Shown one piece after another: positions 48,558 to 58,693 of a stretch of 64,000 nt of DNA. Under the pieces are notes generated by a model, which was not told where the DNA came from, did not search any database, and worked only from the letters and a program-made list of their open reading frames with translations. Every line of letters begins with the position of its first letter. The stretch's first letter is position 1. The position numbers were made by a program, and so were the translations under genes. This stretch comes from Syntrophales bacterium (GTDB taxonomy: Bacteria > Desulfobacterota > Syntrophia > Syntrophales > UBA4778): positions 682,001-746,000 of the forward strand of contig CAXXQE010000008.1 in the NCBI GenBank assembly GCA_963665615.2, written 5' to 3'.

Positions 48558-50123
48558 ATGGGTGCCATTCTTATTGTCGATGACGAACCCTTGCAGCGCA
48601 ATATACTAAAAACCATTCTTACCGACGAAGGATACGAAACCTATGTGGCTTCATCCGCGGAGGAGGCGCTTAAACTCGCCAAGTCGTATAGTCCAGATGT
48701 AATCCTGACCGACCTTAAGATGAATGGCATGGATGGGATCGAACTCCTTGATAAGTTGAGTATCGGAAAAACGCCACCCGCCGTAATTATTATGACTGCC
48801 TTTGGAACGGTCACATCTGCTGTCGATGCGATGAAAAAGGGCGCCTTTGACTACCTGACCAAGCCGCTTGACAAAGACGTGGTCGTGCTGACAGTCGGGC
48901 GTGCCATGGAGCGCATGGACCTCCTCAAAAAGAATATCGAGCTCCAGCAAGCCCTCTACGATAAATTCGAGATTGACGGTATCATCGGCAATTCCCCGCA
49001 AATGAGAGAGGTTCTCAATGTTGTCCGGAAGGTGGCTCAGAGTTCCGCTACTGTTCTCATCCTTGGAGAAAGCGGCACCGGCAAGGAGCTCATTGCCCGA
49101 GCCATCCACTATAACAGTTTGAGAAGCGCCAGGCCTTTGACGGCGATCAACTGCGCGGCCATTCCAGAAACGCTCCTGGAGAGTGAATTGTTCGGATATG
49201 AACCAGGCGCCTTTACGGGGGCGGTTGGAAGGAAAACGGGTCTATTCGAGGCCTCCAAGCAGGGTACTCTTTTTCTGGATGAGGTTGGCGACCTTCCGCA
49301 GATAACGCAGGCAAAAATTCTCCGGGTGCTCCAGGAAAAAGAGATACGGCGTTTGGGCGGTCGTGAGTCGATCAAGGTCGATGTGCGGATCATTGCTGCC
49401 ACCAATAAAGATCTGGAAGCGGCGATGCGGGACAATACCTTTCGCGAAGACCTTTATTACCGCCTCAAGGTCGTTACAATCAACCTGCCCGCTTTGAGAC
49501 AGCGTGCAGGCGATATTCCCGAACTGGCGAGATATTTTTTGGCGCGATATAATAAAGAATTTGGAAAGCGTATCGACGGTATTGAGCAAGCGGCCATGGA
49601 GGTGCTTTGTCAGTATCGCTGGCCCGGCAACATTCGGCAGTTGGAGTCTGTTATTGAAAAAGCGGTTTTAATGTGCGAATCGAACTCGATCGACGTGGGC
49701 GATATCAGAGGGGAATTGGTTTCCGCAGGGCCAAGCCTGCTATTTGATATCGATATTCCTCCCGCGGGGTTGAATTTTGAGGCCCTCGAGAAGGCTTTGC
49801 TGAGAAAAGCCATGGAAAAAGGGGATCATGTGGCAGCCAAGGCGGCGAGGCTGTTAAAAATGAGTTACTACACTTTTTACAACCGATGGGAAAAACTGTC
49901 CCTTGAGGAACAGTCGGGTCGTGGCGATCATGTTTTTAACTTTGCTTTTCCGGATGCCGGTGTTGATTTCGAACAGCTGGAAAGGGATCTCCTTAAAAAG
50001 GCCATGCAGAGGACCAATAACGTTCAGGCTAAGGCCGCACGATTGCTTGGAATGAGCTATAAAACCTTTTATAACAGGTGGGAAAAGTGCCAGGAGGAGG
50101 AAAACAAAACGGGCCGGAAGTAG
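48558..50123 (+). CDS. Sigma54-dependent response regulator (NtrC family) with two C-terminal Fis-type HTH modules
   Basis: REC, GESGTGKE, GAFTGA, FLDEVG, WPGNIRQL; AKAARLL.MSY.TFYNRWEK occurs twice. Confidence 0.92.
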   Translation: MGAILIVDDEPLQRNILKTILTDEGYETYVASSAEEALKLAKSYSPDVILTDLKMNGMDGIELLDKLSIGKTPPAVIIMTAFGTVTSAVDAMKKGAFDYLTKPLDKDVVVLTVGRAMERMDLLKKNIELQQALYDKFEIDGIIGNSPQMREVLNVVRKVAQSSATVLILGESGTGKELIARAIHYNSLRSARPLTAINCAAIPETLLESELFGYEPGAFTGAVGRKTGLFEASKQGTLFLDEVGDLPQITQAKILRVLQEKEIRRLGGRESIKVDVRIIAATNKDLEAAMRDNTFREDLYYRLKVVTINLPALRQRAGDIPELARYFLARYNKEFGKRIDGIEQAAMEVLCQYRWPGNIRQLESVIEKAVLMCESNSIDVGDIRGELVSAGPSLLFDIDIPPAGLNFEALEKALLRKAMEKGDHVAAKAARLLKMSYYTFYNRWEKLSLEEQSGRGDHVFNFAFPDAGVDFEQLERDLLKKAMQRTNNVQAKAARLLGMSYKTFYNRWEKCQEEENKTGRK

Positions 50124-50299
50124 AACCTTGTGAAAAGGAAAAAGATATTGCCGGAAGAGACAGCCAGTTTGTATTTTAAGGATATTTTTTGTTTTTTTGG
50201 AAAATCATTTGTAAAAAGAGGATGAAAACGCTATGGGCTATGCCGGCCATATTTTTGTAACTATTTGTAATTGCTTAAAATATAACTTTATTTCTCGTA

Positions 50300-50315
50300 T
50301 GGCACGCATATTGTA
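50300..50315 (+). promoter_or_regulatory. Putative sigma54 promoter
   Basis: TGGCAC-N5-TTGTA (one mismatch at -12), with an IHF-like AT-rich site at 50251-50276. Confidence 0.6.
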
Positions 50316-50351
50316 TGCAAGTATGGAAAAATAACCTGTGGAGGGAATACC

Positions 50352-50639
50352 ATGAAGAAGTTAGTAGCGATTTTGGTTGCCATTCTGTTTGTTGCTTCCG
50401 TGACCGGTCTGTGCTTCGCAGCCGATAAGGCCGCCGCTCCGGCGAAGGCCGACGACAAGGCCGCTGTGAAGGCTGACGACAAGGCCGCAAAGGCTGACGA
50501 CAAGGCCGCCGCCGAGAAGAAGGACGAGAAGAAGGTCGAGAAGAAGGCTAAGAAGGCTAAGAAGGCTAAGAAAGAAGAAGCCAAGAAGGAAGAGCCCAAG
50601 AAGGAAGAAGCCGCTCCGGCGAAGACCGACAAGAAGTAA
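50352..50639 (+). CDS. Small exported Lys/Ala/Asp/Glu-rich low-complexity protein
   Basis: GGAGG RBS, signal peptide, KADDKAA x3, KKA repeats; followed by a terminator. Confidence 0.8.
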   Translation: MKKLVAILVAILFVASVTGLCFAADKAAAPAKADDKAAVKADDKAAKADDKAAAEKKDEKKVEKKAKKAKKAKKEEAKKEEPKKEEAAPAKTDKK

Positions 50640-50662
50640 CGAGTTTTATAAAAGTACAACCA

Positions 50663-50698
50663 AAGAAGGGGAACCGATAAATTTCGGTTTCCCTTCTT
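50663..50698 (+). terminator. Hairpin terminator
   Basis: AAGAAGGGGAACCGA...TCGGTTTCCCTTCTT. Confidence 0.7.
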
Positions 50699-50964
50699 GC
50701 GTTTATAGGGTATTCCATTAAAGCCGTCTTGTGGTTGTCTCTGGCCTGACAGCGTCTCTCGCACTTCCCTTTAACGTGCCTTATCTCCATCAGCAATCGC
50801 CAATCCTCAGTTTGATTTTTTTTCGCTCAGACTGTCCCCCCGAAAAATCTCAAGAATGTTTAATTGTCTTTTAATGGTGATAGTGCTCACACATATTTTA
50901 GTAGCCCATCCCGATAAACTCTACAGAAAGGGAGAAGCGCGGTTGCCGTTTAAAGGGGTGGGGG

Positions 50965-51837
50965 ATGATGGCGTGCAAAAGGTCTATAGTTTCTTTTGTG
51001 GCTTTTCTCTGGTTGTTCTTCATAACAACATCCGCCTGTTTTTCGAGCGATCAATATGTGACCCTTCAGTGGGATCCAAGTATTGATGCACCTTACCTAC
51101 AATCCTATAAAATCTATTATTATACGTCGCCTGGGGATATAACATCGCTTTCGACCGTGAACTATGCCGACTCATACACGCTTAGAGGCGGTAGCCCGAT
51201 ATCGATCAGCGCATCCGACCCCAAAGCCATTACCATTGATAAATCCAACACGACTATTACGATCCATTTTCCTGATGCCAGTAAAACGTACTATTTTGTC
51301 GTGACAGCAGTCGATGCCAATGGCCTTGAAAGTATTCCGACGTCGGAGCTTTGTCTTGTCGGCAACGCCATCATTGACCAGGGTGGAATGACAAACGGCA
51401 CGAGCGGTATGAACGGAACGAGTGGCGATACGACGACGCCGAGTGCGACGAGCAGCTCATTGGGACTTGGTGATTCCGGGGGTGGTAGTGGGTGCTTCAT
51501 TGCCACGGCAGCTTTCGGATCCTATCTCGATCCTCACGTCTATATCCTCAGGGTATTTCGAGACCGGGTTCTCCTAAAGTATTCACTAGGGAAGGCCTTC
51601 GTCAGGAATTACTATCGATATTCCCCGCCGGTTGCCGATTTTATCCGTGCGCATGAATGGTTAAGGATGCTGAGCCGCTGGGCATTGACTCCCCTAATCT
51701 ATGGAGTTCAATATCCCTGGACGGGCCCATGGGCTCTTGTTATGTTTATTGGAATCGTTCTGTATGTGGGAAGATTGAGACGCAGAAAAAAACAGTTTTC
51801 GTGCGGAGAGACCCTCCACACAGCGGCCATGGGGTAG
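50965..51837 (+). CDS. Secreted FN3-like protein with a CFI-box-CTERM domain
   Basis: VTLQWDP...YKIYY...[13 protein letters not shown] (FN3-like), S/T/G linker, [15 protein letters not shown]...LR.FRD..L...G..FV..YY..SP, TM and basic tail. Confidence 0.82.
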   Translation: MMACKRSIVSFVAFLWLFFITTSACFSSDQYVTLQWDPSIDAPYLQSYKIYYYTSPGDITSLSTVNYADSYTLRGGSPISISASDPKAITIDKSNTTITIHFPDASKTYYFVVTAVDANGLESIPTSELCLVGNAIIDQGGMTNGTSGMNGTSGDTTTPSATSSSLGLGDSGGGSGCFIATAAFGSYLDPHVYILRVFRDRVLLKYSLGKAFVRNYYRYSPPVADFIRAHEWLRMLSRWALTPLIYGVQYPWTGPWALVMFIGIVLYVGRLRRRKKQFSCGETLHTAAMG

Positions 51838-51861
51838 GAAACAATAAACAACCTTTTATCA

Positions 51862-51898
51862 AAAAGCCGGGCCTTCGTCAGAGAAGCGCCCGGCTTTT
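51862..51898. terminator. Bidirectional terminator
   Basis: AAAAGCCGGGC...GCCCGGCTTTT. Confidence 0.7.
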
Positions 51899-52020
51899 GC
51901 TTTATTCTGTTAGGATAACTTGCTGTATTGTAAGAGAAAAAAGAGAAGAGCTGCACAGTGGAATTGAATCAGACGTCTAATCAATGCAGTTAATCGCATG
52001 CAACATGGCAACAGAAGAGA

Positions 52021-53139
52021 TTAGTGAGCACCTTTCCCCATAATAACCGCCCCTGGGGTTTTAAAAAGGATCTTGAAATCATACCAGAGCGACCATTCAT
52101 GGATGTACTGAAGATCCAATCTGACCATGTCGTCGAAAGTCGTTCTGCTTCTACCGGTAACCTGCCACAAGCCTGTCACACCGGGCTTACAGGAAAGCAA
52201 CCGTCGCCTATGCCAGATGTCGTAAAGGTCATATTCATAAGGAATAGGCGGTCGCGGTCCGACCAGTGACATCTCTCCCTTCAAGACATTGATAAACTGA
52301 GGCAGTTCGTCCAGGCTGGTCTTACGGATGAAATGGCCGAACGACGTGATACGGGCATCATTTGTTAGTTTGAATGTCCCAGAAGAGGAAGAGGCGTCAT
52401 CGGTATTCCTGGAAATGAATTTAGTGATGAATTCCTTGTGACTCCCGCTGTCGCAATCAGTACGCATGGACCTGAACTTGAGAACCAAAAAAGGTTTTCC
52501 GTTCAGACCTAAACGTTCCTGTCTAAAAAAAACAGGTCCATGGGACGTGAGCTTGATGATGACCGCAATGGTCAAGAAAATCGGGCTCAGGATAACGACG
52601 GCAGACAAACTGGCGAAAAAATCGAACAGAGATTTAACTAGTAACTGGATTTTTTTTTTAGAGTCCTTCTGAACCAGGTCAGGATAAAGGGTCTCATTGA
52701 AGACGCTTGCTCCCATTGAAGGGGGATCCGTTTCCGGGAAAACGTGGGATGATAGCTTGAGCTGCTGGTACAGGGCATCGCTGTTGTCGTGCTGAAAGCG
52801 ATGACGAATTTTTCGGAGGATCGCTTCAATAACTACCCGGTTAATGTTGGGAACTTCCGTGAATACGACCCCCAGAACCTTGCCCGGTACATACCATCCA
52901 CCGATGTCCGTTTCCCTGAGGCAGGTGCCGACAATTCCCCGGACTTTCTCGATGAGATGGGGATTATCTTCGGAAGCGATCGTTGAAAGATCGATTAACA
53001 GCAGAAGAAAAGGTCGTCTGGATCGCTCGGAGCGTTTGCGCTCGACCTTCAGAAGATGCAGAAAATGAGGCTGGCTGTAAAAAGGCAACTTACCGGTCGG
53101 GAAAGAAACATCATCATGACTGGATCTATCAGGATTCAT
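52021..53139 (-). CDS. Priming (undecaprenyl-phosphate) sugar transferase with a degenerate GGDEF-like N-terminus
   Basis: KFRSM, DARIT..G.FIRKTSLDELPQ..NVLKGEMSLVGPRP, KPGVTGLWQV. Confidence 0.88.
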   Translation of the reverse strand: MNPDRSSHDDVSFPTGKLPFYSQPHFLHLLKVERKRSERSRRPFLLLLIDLSTIASEDNPHLIEKVRGIVGTCLRETDIGGWYVPGKVLGVVFTEVPNINRVVIEAILRKIRHRFQHDNSDALYQQLKLSSHVFPETDPPSMGASVFNETLYPDLVQKDSKKKIQLLVKSLFDFFASLSAVVILSPIFLTIAVIIKLTSHGPVFFRQERLGLNGKPFLVLKFRSMRTDCDSGSHKEFITKFISRNTDDASSSSGTFKLTNDARITSFGHFIRKTSLDELPQFINVLKGEMSLVGPRPPIPYEYDLYDIWHRRRLLSCKPGVTGLWQVTGRSRTTFDDMVRLDLQYIHEWSLWYDFKILFKTPGAVIMGKGAH

Positions 53140-53291
53140 ATGCTCTAAAGTCCAAAATAACAATTTACGTCAGATGGCCGGCTTCCTAAAGGTCCTTTGA
53201 AGATTAACCGCACGTAAATCTAAAACCGCCCTTCCGACTATGCGATCTTTCTTCCTTTAACGGGACGTGTGTTCACCTTTAAATATGTAGC

Positions 53292-54182
53292 TTAATCCAT
53301 TTCATGCTGTCTGTCAGGTGATTTTTTGAAAATGTTTAAGAGGGAACCAGCGCCTTTCGATCTTTTCTCGGCTTTTGTTTTATTTTCACCGTAGGCATAA
53401 TTATAATAATATGTATTGGTTCCGAGGTACTTATAGAGTGACGCCTTCGTTTTGAACGTCATGTCATTCAAGACAAAGCCAAGGAGTTTATTACCTTTTA
53501 GGAGTTTCATGGCCTGTAAGACTGAATCACGTGACGTGTCTCCCGCCTTGACGACAACGATGATGCCGTCAACCATTTTATTGAGAACGCTGGGCTCTGT
53601 CGTGGCCAGAACCGGCGACGAATCGATGATAATATATCGGTCCGCGTATCGATTTTTTATTTCTTGGACAAGTCCTTCCATTTTCTTCGAACCGATCATC
53701 TCGGCAGGATTATCCAGTTGCCTTCCGCTGCCAATAAAACTTAATTTTTCAACGGGCGTTTTACCCATTAAATCCGAAAGGTTTTCATCGCCGGCCAGAT
53801 AGTCGGAAAGTCCCTCTGACTCGCCGATTCCGAACCACCGGGAGAGCGTGGGGTTGCGCAGATCACAGTCCACCAGTAAGGCATAGCTATTGAATTCCGT
53901 GGCAATCGTAACCGCAAGATTGGCGGCAACAAAACTCTTGCCCTCTCCGCTGACTGCGCTGGTGACAAGAATGACACGCGGCGACGCGCCATTGTCAGTG
54001 CGCAAAATATGCGTTCTCAATCTCCTAAACTGCTCGGAAACAATCGACGACGGCTGAAAAAAAGAGATGAGCTTGTTATCCAAGACAGAATTAGTCTGCG
54101 CGGGTTTTGGCGTTTCCTGAATCTTGTGTCCAGGCGTTCTTTCCTGTTGAACCTTTTGCAATGCATCGAACATTTTGCCCAT
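53292..54182 (-). CDS. Polysaccharide-export tyrosine autokinase (CpsD/Wzc kinase domain)
   Basis: EQFRRLRT, GEGKS, VDCDLR, IIDSSP, C-terminal Tyr cluster YYYNYAY. Confidence 0.9.
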   Translation of the reverse strand: MGKMFDALQKVQQERTPGHKIQETPKPAQTNSVLDNKLISFFQPSSIVSEQFRRLRTHILRTDNGASPRVILVTSAVSGEGKSFVAANLAVTIATEFNSYALLVDCDLRNPTLSRWFGIGESEGLSDYLAGDENLSDLMGKTPVEKLSFIGSGRQLDNPAEMIGSKKMEGLVQEIKNRYADRYIIIDSSPVLATTEPSVLNKMVDGIIVVVKAGDTSRDSVLQAMKLLKGNKLLGFVLNDMTFKTKASLYKYLGTNTYYYNYAYGENKTKAEKRSKGAGSLLNIFKKSPDRQHEMD

Positions 54183-54185
54183 AGT

Positions 54186-55136
54186 TTAGAGCCACCCTGT
54201 GATGAAGTTGTAGATCCCCGCTAATTCCGATCGGAAGGTGAACGCGGCAATCCCGGCAAAAATAAGTAAAAATACGATAAAATAGCGCGCGAAGATCCAG
54301 AATTTACTCTTCTTGGTCTCCTCCTGATCCATATGGTTGATATCGCGGACAACCTCTCGAATCAGCTTCTTGTCGATCCGGCTCTGATTGGTAGAAAATC
54401 CCGTCAGAAGCGCGTTATCGCATAGGATATTAATCAGTCGAGGAATGCCCCGAGAATACTTATAAATCTCCTTAACAGCGTCTGGATAAAAAATCCGCAA
54501 ATTCTTGGCTCCGGCTCTTTTAAGTCGATAGAGGATATATTGTCCAACCTCATCCGGGGTCAGCGTCCTAAGATGATACCGGACAGTTATCCGCTGTTTC
54601 AACGGACGGAAACGCGGCTCTTCCAGCGTGTCATTCAATTCCGGTTGCCCTATCAGCATGACATGAAGAAGCTTGTCCTTTTCAGTCTCCAGATTTGTCA
54701 ACAACCGGATCTGTTGAAGGAGATCCGGATCCAGCGTTTGTGCCTCGTCAACGATTAAAAATACCTTTTCCTGCCGCGCATAGCATTCCAGCAAAAAGTG
54801 ATGCAGCGCAATAAGATTATGACCGCGTGTCTTAGCCCGGTTTTGCACAATGCCGAGGTCATCGCAGATATAATCGATGAAATCGGATGAGTCTAACGTC
54901 GGGTTAAAGATATATGCGGTTTTAACCGTTCCGTCTACCTGTCGCAACAGTGTGCGCACCAAGGTGGTTTTGCCGGAACCGGCCTCACCGGTTATGACAG
55001 TAAAGCCTTTTCCTTCACGAATAGCATATTGTAAATGAGCCAGAGCTTCCTTGTGGTATTCGCTGGAAAAGAAAAAACTGGGGTCCGGCGTTATTTCAAA
55101 AGGCTTCTCTTTGAAACCATAAAACTTCTCATACAT
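54186..55136 (-). CDS. ExeA-like AAA ATPase (PEP-CTERM/EPS-locus associated)
   Basis: MYEKFYGFKEKPF.ITPDP, GEAGSGKTT, VDEAQ, GQPEL, GIPRLIN; C-terminal TM. Confidence 0.88.
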   Translation of the reverse strand: MYEKFYGFKEKPFEITPDPSFFFSSEYHKEALAHLQYAIREGKGFTVITGEAGSGKTTLVRTLLRQVDGTVKTAYIFNPTLDSSDFIDYICDDLGIVQNRAKTRGHNLIALHHFLLECYARQEKVFLIVDEAQTLDPDLLQQIRLLTNLETEKDKLLHVMLIGQPELNDTLEEPRFRPLKQRITVRYHLRTLTPDEVGQYILYRLKRAGAKNLRIFYPDAVKEIYKYSRGIPRLINILCDNALLTGFSTNQSRIDKKLIREVVRDINHMDQEETKKSKFWIFARYFIVFLLIFAGIAAFTFRSELAGIYNFITGWL

Positions 55137-56601
55137 AACCGCGCTTCTCTTCCTCTATCCTAGGAATAATCGCCAGTACGTTCAATCCCAGGGCCAACTC
55201 AGCATCCTCGGCATCATGGAAAGAACGATCCATCTGCTCCCGTAGGAAGGCCAGTCCCACGCCCGCGGCCAGTCCCCCAAGCAGTCCGATGAGAAGGACT
55301 TTTGGAATATCAGGCGAAAAAGGCTTCTCCGGCGTACGGGCTGGATCGATCACCTTGAACTGCTCCCCTTTCTGCCGTTTTTCGAGGTTTTCCGCCTGCT
55401 GGGCTTCCTGGCTTTTTTTCAATAGAGTATCATAAGCCTCTTTCGTGTTCTGATATTCACGAACCAGAGAGGCCATATCTTGTTCCCGCAAAGGCATGGC
55501 CTCGATTTTTGCCCGATAGCGGCTGATCTGCGCATCGATGTTATTTTCTTCCGTCGTGAGCCGCTTAATCTCCAGATCGATCATCGTCAGTTGATTGTAC
55601 AATTCGCGATAACGGGGGTCCTTGGTGGGATTCTGGGTTTCCTTATTGGCCTCCAGTTCTGCCATTCTTTTCTTGGCCGTTACGACGTCCGGATGGCTGT
55701 CGGTATAACGCGCCTTCAGATCATCGATCGCCTTTTTCAGATTATCCCGCTGCGTTTCGTAGGATGCCGCTGCTTCAACGGGCGCCGGTTTTTCCACTTG
55801 ATTGTTTTTTACTTTGGTATCCGTTCCAACGGTTTCGCCGACCGGCGTCTTAACCGGCGCTTGCATATCAGTCAGCTGTCGCTGAATGTAGAGTTTTCGA
55901 TCCTGCGCCGCCCTCAGGTTTTCTCCAATCCGTTGATACTGGTTCTGGAGTTGATCGAGGAGCTTGAGATTCGTATCCCGCTGCTCCGGAAGTTCCCCCA
56001 TATACCTGCGCTTGTATTGGGTGATCGCGGCCTCCATGGAGTCGAGCTTTGTTTTCGACGAAGCCAGCTCGCTGGCCAGAAATTCCGTTGTTCCGACAGC
56101 CTGCTGCTCTCTGATCTTCAGGTTTTCTTCAATGAACAGGGACGCAAGTCGGTTGGCAACGGTCGTTACCACCGTCGGACTGCCCCCCATGAAACTGATG
56201 GTAAAGAAGCCCTTCTCTTCCTTCTTGGTGGGGAGTTCGACCTTGATGTTCTTCTGCATGAGCTCTACGACCTCTTCCTGAGAGAGGTGCTTGCGCTCCT
56301 TTTCATAGAGTTTCAACTCGCTGATAATTTGCTCCAACCGGGTTCGGCTCATGACCTCTTGCGCAATCGATTGAAGGCGCTCGTCGATGCGCGACGTGAC
56401 GGTCGTGGGCACAAAGGACTCCGGCACGCGCTGCGGTGTCACAAGCACCAGCGTTGACGCCTTGTATTCCCGCGGCGCCACGATGATATAAACGACAGCG
56501 CCGCAAGCGACCAGGATAAAAGGAATCACGATGTACCAGAGTCTGCGCCGTAGAATTTCCACATAGTCTTTAAATGTATAGGATTTTGCAGGATTGATCA
56601 T
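55129..56601 (-). CDS. Polysaccharide chain-length determinant (Wzz/GumC family)
   Basis: Two TMs flanking coiled coils, YTDSHPDV, F.VIDPA..PEKP..P. Confidence 0.88.
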   Translation of the reverse strand: MINPAKSYTFKDYVEILRRRLWYIVIPFILVACGAVVYIIVAPREYKASTLVLVTPQRVPESFVPTTVTSRIDERLQSIAQEVMSRTRLEQIISELKLYEKERKHLSQEEVVELMQKNIKVELPTKKEEKGFFTISFMGGSPTVVTTVANRLASLFIEENLKIREQQAVGTTEFLASELASSKTKLDSMEAAITQYKRRYMGELPEQRDTNLKLLDQLQNQYQRIGENLRAAQDRKLYIQRQLTDMQAPVKTPVGETVGTDTKVKNNQVEKPAPVEAAASYETQRDNLKKAIDDLKARYTDSHPDVVTAKKRMAELEANKETQNPTKDPRYRELYNQLTMIDLEIKRLTTEENNIDAQISRYRAKIEAMPLREQDMASLVREYQNTKEAYDTLLKKSQEAQQAENLEKRQKGEQFKVIDPARTPEKPFSPDIPKVLLIGLLGGLAAGVGLAFLREQMDRSFHDAEDAELALGLNVLAIIPRIEEEKRGYV

Positions 56602-56604
56602 AGT

Positions 56605-57912
56605 CTAATAGGTTGCGGTAAGGCTCGCCACTCCTTTGTATTCGGTATAGTCGTAAAAATCTACGGCCGAACGCCGTTCCTGCCGCGAAAGATTCAGGGA
56701 TACGCTCAGCCACTTGTAAATCACGTAAGATCCCCCGACGCTGACCCCAAAGACGTTGTCCCGGCGTTGCCCATCGGGCGTGAATCCCAGATTATCGGGG
56801 TCCTCAATATCAGACCGGGTAAAACTGCCTGACGCTCCGAGGGACAGCCTCGGTGTCAGCTGGTGCTTTACGGATGCGACCAGCCTGTTATATCGGACGA
56901 AGCCGTAATTTTCTGAAGAAAAATAATCTTCGCTGTATCCGCCCTGTAATAAAATAGAATACGTGGTCTTTTGCTCCGTCTGGACTAGGCTGATGTCATA
57001 GCTCGGGCCGCTCCTCGAACCACCCTCTTTCGGGACCATCCGGTAATAGCCACCCTGCCCGGAGAGCGTGAGGGTCGGGGTCAGCGTGTAAGTAAACCCG
57101 ATTTTGGGATCATGAACATCGTAGTCTCTGTTTTTGGAAGGGTTGCCATAAGGATTGTCAAAGCTGCGCGTCAGGTACTTGTATTCAATGTAGAAGACAG
57201 ACTGCGAGCTTACTCGATGGAGATAACGAAGGGATCCCATGTGACCCGTCATATCGGAGCGGTTATTGAGATCAGCCTGCGTATAGCCGTATTGGACCTC
57301 CAAGCCGTTGCGCTGATTCAGCCAATGGGTCCAGTACGGATTGATATAGTGTTCACGGCTGTCCCTATTATCTGGATCTTCGTTTTTATACTCCGTGTTG
57401 CGATAGCTCAGGCCGACTTTCTCTTCTTTGCCGTATTGGTACTCCACCGTCGGCGAGAGGATGTTGCGCCAGTAAACATACCGATTGGTCTGAACCGAAG
57501 GAGAATAGATCGCTTCGAGCTGGGAGGGCTCATCGGGTTCGTTGGAACGAATAAAGGTATCGCGGAGGTAGAAGTTCCAGTGCGACCGGGTCAGGTACTT
57601 GGTATCCAGATTGACGTTATGGCTGATGTAGTCCCGGTCATCATTGTGGGCATATTTGGTGAATCCAGCAACATAGCTCAGATTGACCCCGGATTGCTCA
57701 TTCATATTGGAAAAGGAAATGCCGGGGCTGATCGTGGTGATCCAGTCATCCTGCTTGTTGGTATAAGTTCGATAGATGTTGTCGTTGTATTCTTCCTGAA
57801 CCGAAATGAAAGGATGGAGCTTCGCGAGAAAATCCTCTCCATACGATTCACCGGCAAGAAGCGATCCGAAAACGACACATGCCGCGACAAGAATTTTTTT
57901 ATTGCTCAACAA
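56605..57912 (-). CDS. Outer-membrane beta-barrel protein of the EPS export locus
   Basis: Signal peptide from a probable TTG start after GGGGGA, EEYNDNI, alternating aromatic beta-strands, terminal aromatic Y. The track extends to 58008. Confidence 0.75.
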   Translation of the reverse strand: MLSNKKILVAACVVFGSLLAGESYGEDFLAKLHPFISVQEEYNDNIYRTYTNKQDDWITTISPGISFSNMNEQSGVNLSYVAGFTKYAHNDDRDYISHNVNLDTKYLTRSHWNFYLRDTFIRSNEPDEPSQLEAIYSPSVQTNRYVYWRNILSPTVEYQYGKEEKVGLSYRNTEYKNEDPDNRDSREHYINPYWTHWLNQRNGLEVQYGYTQADLNNRSDMTGHMGSLRYLHRVSSQSVFYIEYKYLTRSFDNPYGNPSKNRDYDVHDPKIGFTYTLTPTLTLSGQGGYYRMVPKEGGSRSGPSYDISLVQTEQKTTYSILLQGGYSEDYFSSENYGFVRYNRLVASVKHQLTPRLSLGASGSFTRSDIEDPDNLGFTPDGQRRDNVFGVSVGGSYVIYKWLSVSLNLSRQERRSAVDFYDYTEYKGVASLTATY

Positions 57913-58516
57913 TGATGATGTCCCCCCGATTAAGCATGATGTCCGGCTGATCGCCGCTGATGATTTTCTTGTAATTGACATAAGTTCGCTTTTCCGTGTT
58001 GCCTTCATGGTGCAGAATCAGGATCTTCTTCTGGTTTGCCCATTCCGTGAAGCCGCCGACCATTGTGATGAGCTGGACAAAAGATGTCTTCTGTCTGAGA
58101 CCGACGACACCGGGCTTCTTGACCTCTCCGTTGACATAAACCCTGAAGCTGTTTGCCTCCAAAACCGTTACAGATACGGTAGGGTTATCGATCGTTTTTT
58201 TCAAAAGTTTAGTAATTTCGTCCTTTAACTGCAAAGGGGTCAACCCGTCTGCCTTAACGTCATCCAAAAGAGGCAGCGAGATCATGCCGTCCATTCTGAC
58301 CGGAACCGACTTGGTCGTGATATTGTCCTCCCGCCAGACATTGATCGATAACACATCCTCCGGGCCGATGATGTACGTATCACTGTTTTCGGCGATGCCG
58401 CTGCCTGCCGCCTTTTTGTCCGCTGCGTCGGCTTTGGACTGACCATATGCGACACTGGCGAACAGAACGAGCGAAACCACAAGAAAAAATAAAATCGGTA
58501 AGTCAATTTTCTTCAT
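57899..58516 (-). CDS. Polysaccharide export protein (short Wza/Poly_export plus SLBB)
   Basis: YIIGPEDVL.I.VW, VRMDGMISLPL, VYVNGEVKKPG, GGFTEWA. Confidence 0.9.
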   Translation of the reverse strand: MKKIDLPILFFLVVSLVLFASVAYGQSKADAADKKAAGSGIAENSDTYIIGPEDVLSINVWREDNITTKSVPVRMDGMISLPLLDDVKADGLTPLQLKDEITKLLKKTIDNPTVSVTVLEANSFRVYVNGEVKKPGVVGLRQKTSFVQLITMVGGFTEWANQKKILILHHEGNTEKRTYVNYKKIISGDQPDIMLNRGDIIIVEQ

Positions 58517-58673
58517 TTTTCAACCTCTTTTTCCGATATTCTGAATCACTATTGAAATATTGTATCTTACGCGGACAATTATTAAGCAGGAACGTCGTTC
58601 AGTCGTGAGCACACCCTACGCAACCGGCTGCGAAGGTAAGCGAGCGAATAATGTCTAAACGTTTACAGGGGGA

Positions 58674-58693
58674 AAGATTCTCCGGAGAATCTT
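58674..58693. promoter_or_regulatory. Perfect 20-bp palindrome in the divergent promoter region
   Basis: AAGATTCTCCGGAGAATCTT equals its own reverse complement. Confidence 0.5.

Noticed and set aside
53140..53291. c-di-GMP riboswitch before the sugar transferase
   Set aside because: GEMM consensus elements (GGCAAA...GAAA...GACGCAAA) were not found.
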